From the NCBI RefSeq assembly GCF_009914755.1, contig NC_060935.1: a stretch of DNA of 64,000 bases; one strand, 5' to 3'. The notes beneath the pieces were generated by a model. It made no database searches. It had not been told where the DNA came from and saw only the letters and a list, made by a program, of their open reading frames with translations. Origin of the DNA: the human T2T-CHM13v2.0 reference genome, Homo sapiens. A program made the translations under genes and the position numbers. Numbering within the stretch: the stretch's first letter is position 1; each line of letters opens with the position of its first letter. Shown here piece after piece: positions 62,681 through 64,000 of this stretch.

Positions 62681-63896
62681 CAGAATCACTCTGAATGCCT
62701 TCTTCGGCCTTCACCTTTTTCTGCTCTGGAGATAAACTGATTCCACATTATTCACACAACACTGTATATTCCTGGATTATAGCACTTACTATCTAACTGC
62801 ACAATAATTTGTTGATGAATCCGAGAGCTCTTTGAGTGCAGGGGCTTTTTCTTATTCATCTCTATATCCACTAGTATGTTTTGCACAGTGCCTACCTACT
62901 ACATACAAAGTTAAGTGACTGAATTCAATCATTCATTTGATTTAGGAACTGAGGTTTGAGGAGATCAAGTGGCCTGTCCATCATCACGCAGTAAGAGTTG
63001 CAACCAGAATCAGAACCCAGGTGCTTGGCTCTGGTGGTTCAAGAGAGCAGACTATGACCAAGTCACAAAGGGGCTTGTGCAAGCAGTCACTGAAAGGTAC
63101 ATGATGGAGAGATCACTCAGGAGGGTGGCCAGAGAGAAGGCAGAGGAACTATTTAGGGATATTTTAATAATCCAAGTGAGAAATGAAGGCCTGAAGTATG
63201 GCATAGCAGTGATGGTTGATAGGTAAGTATATATTGAGGGCTACTAAGGCAGCAGAGTTGATAGCACTTGGTGACTGATTGGATGAGGAAGGTGAAGGAG
63301 AGGAAAAAATCCCAATGATTCCCAGGTTTCTGAGCAACTAGGGGGATGATATTTTCTTTCACCAAAAAAAATAAGCAGGTTGGGACAGGAAGTGAGAGCT
63401 CAGATTAACAGGAGTCCTAACTCGAACCTAAGCTGGGTTTCAGATAGGCATAGGGCAAGCCCAGTTGAGGTCTATTTGCTTAATGGCTAAGAAGCCTCCT
63501 AAGAGAAAATTCATTTGAAAGGAAAAAAAGCAACAGGAGCTACCATCCAGTCACAAAACCACAGTCATGAAAAGAGAAGAGAGACTCAGAGTATTTGGGA
63601 AGGGAACATTTCCAGGGGTTGAAAAAATGTGGGAGTGGAGAGCCACTGAAATTGACTTTGGGTGATTACTTGTACCCACAAGCTAGTGTGGCCTTGTGCC
63701 CAAAGGCTGTCCACTGGAGATGTTCTGGCAGTTGGATACATATGTCTCAAGCCCAGGAGAGAAGTCTCGGCTGGAGACTGAGTTTTGGGAGTCATCAGCA
63801 GATAGGAGCAGTGGAAGACTTGGGAGTAGATGAAATCTCTAGGGAGAGTACATGGCAGGAGAAAAGAAAAACGCTGAGGTCAGAAAACACCAGTAT

Positions 63897-64000
63897 TGGC
63901 CGGGTACAGTGGCTCACGCCTGTAATCCCAACACTTTGGGAGACCGAAGCAGGCGGATCACTTGAAGCCAAGAGTTTGAGACCAGCCTGGCCAACACGGT
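63897..64000 (+). mobile_element. Alu, cut by the window end
   Basis: ggccgggtacagtggctcacgcctgtaatccc. Confidence 0.9.

Overview
Human (primate) genomic DNA that I recognise as the 11q23.3 BUD13-ZPR1-APOA5 triglyceride locus. Three spliced genes lie head-to-tail on the minus strand. I traced each exon by hand, and all coding-exon joins close in frame at GT-AG boundaries. BUD13 has 10 coding exons (41590->17118, 1860 nt, 619 aa), ZPR1/ZNF259 has 14 (56614->47549, 1380 nt, 459 aa), and APOA5 has a ~12-nt non-coding exon 1 plus 3 coding exons (60484->58752, 1101 nt, 366 aa). Positions 1-16.8 kb are intergenic. The window also holds about 30 Alus and L1, L2, MIR, MLT1 and Charlie relics; subfamily calls are by eye and boundaries approximate. 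Most short ORFs in the supplied track are Alu or antisense noise. The most notable structures are: (1) a ~222-bp, ~97% identical non-Alu inverted repeat in ZPR1 intron 12 whose outer end coincides with the TSD of a truncated L1; (2) a U12-type intron in ZPR1; (3) a 299-codon +1 frame spliced through BUD13 exons 4-6; (4) a latent in-frame GC-AG exitron and an internal donor in BUD13 exon 4; (5) a TSD-flanked mini-retrocopy at ~4.9 kb; (6) a 19-bp perfect MIR-MIR hairpin and tandem poly(A) signals in the extended ZPR1 3' region. I see no evidence of a wholly new multi-gene system; the candidates are RNA-structure, splicing and dual-coding features that need data to confirm.
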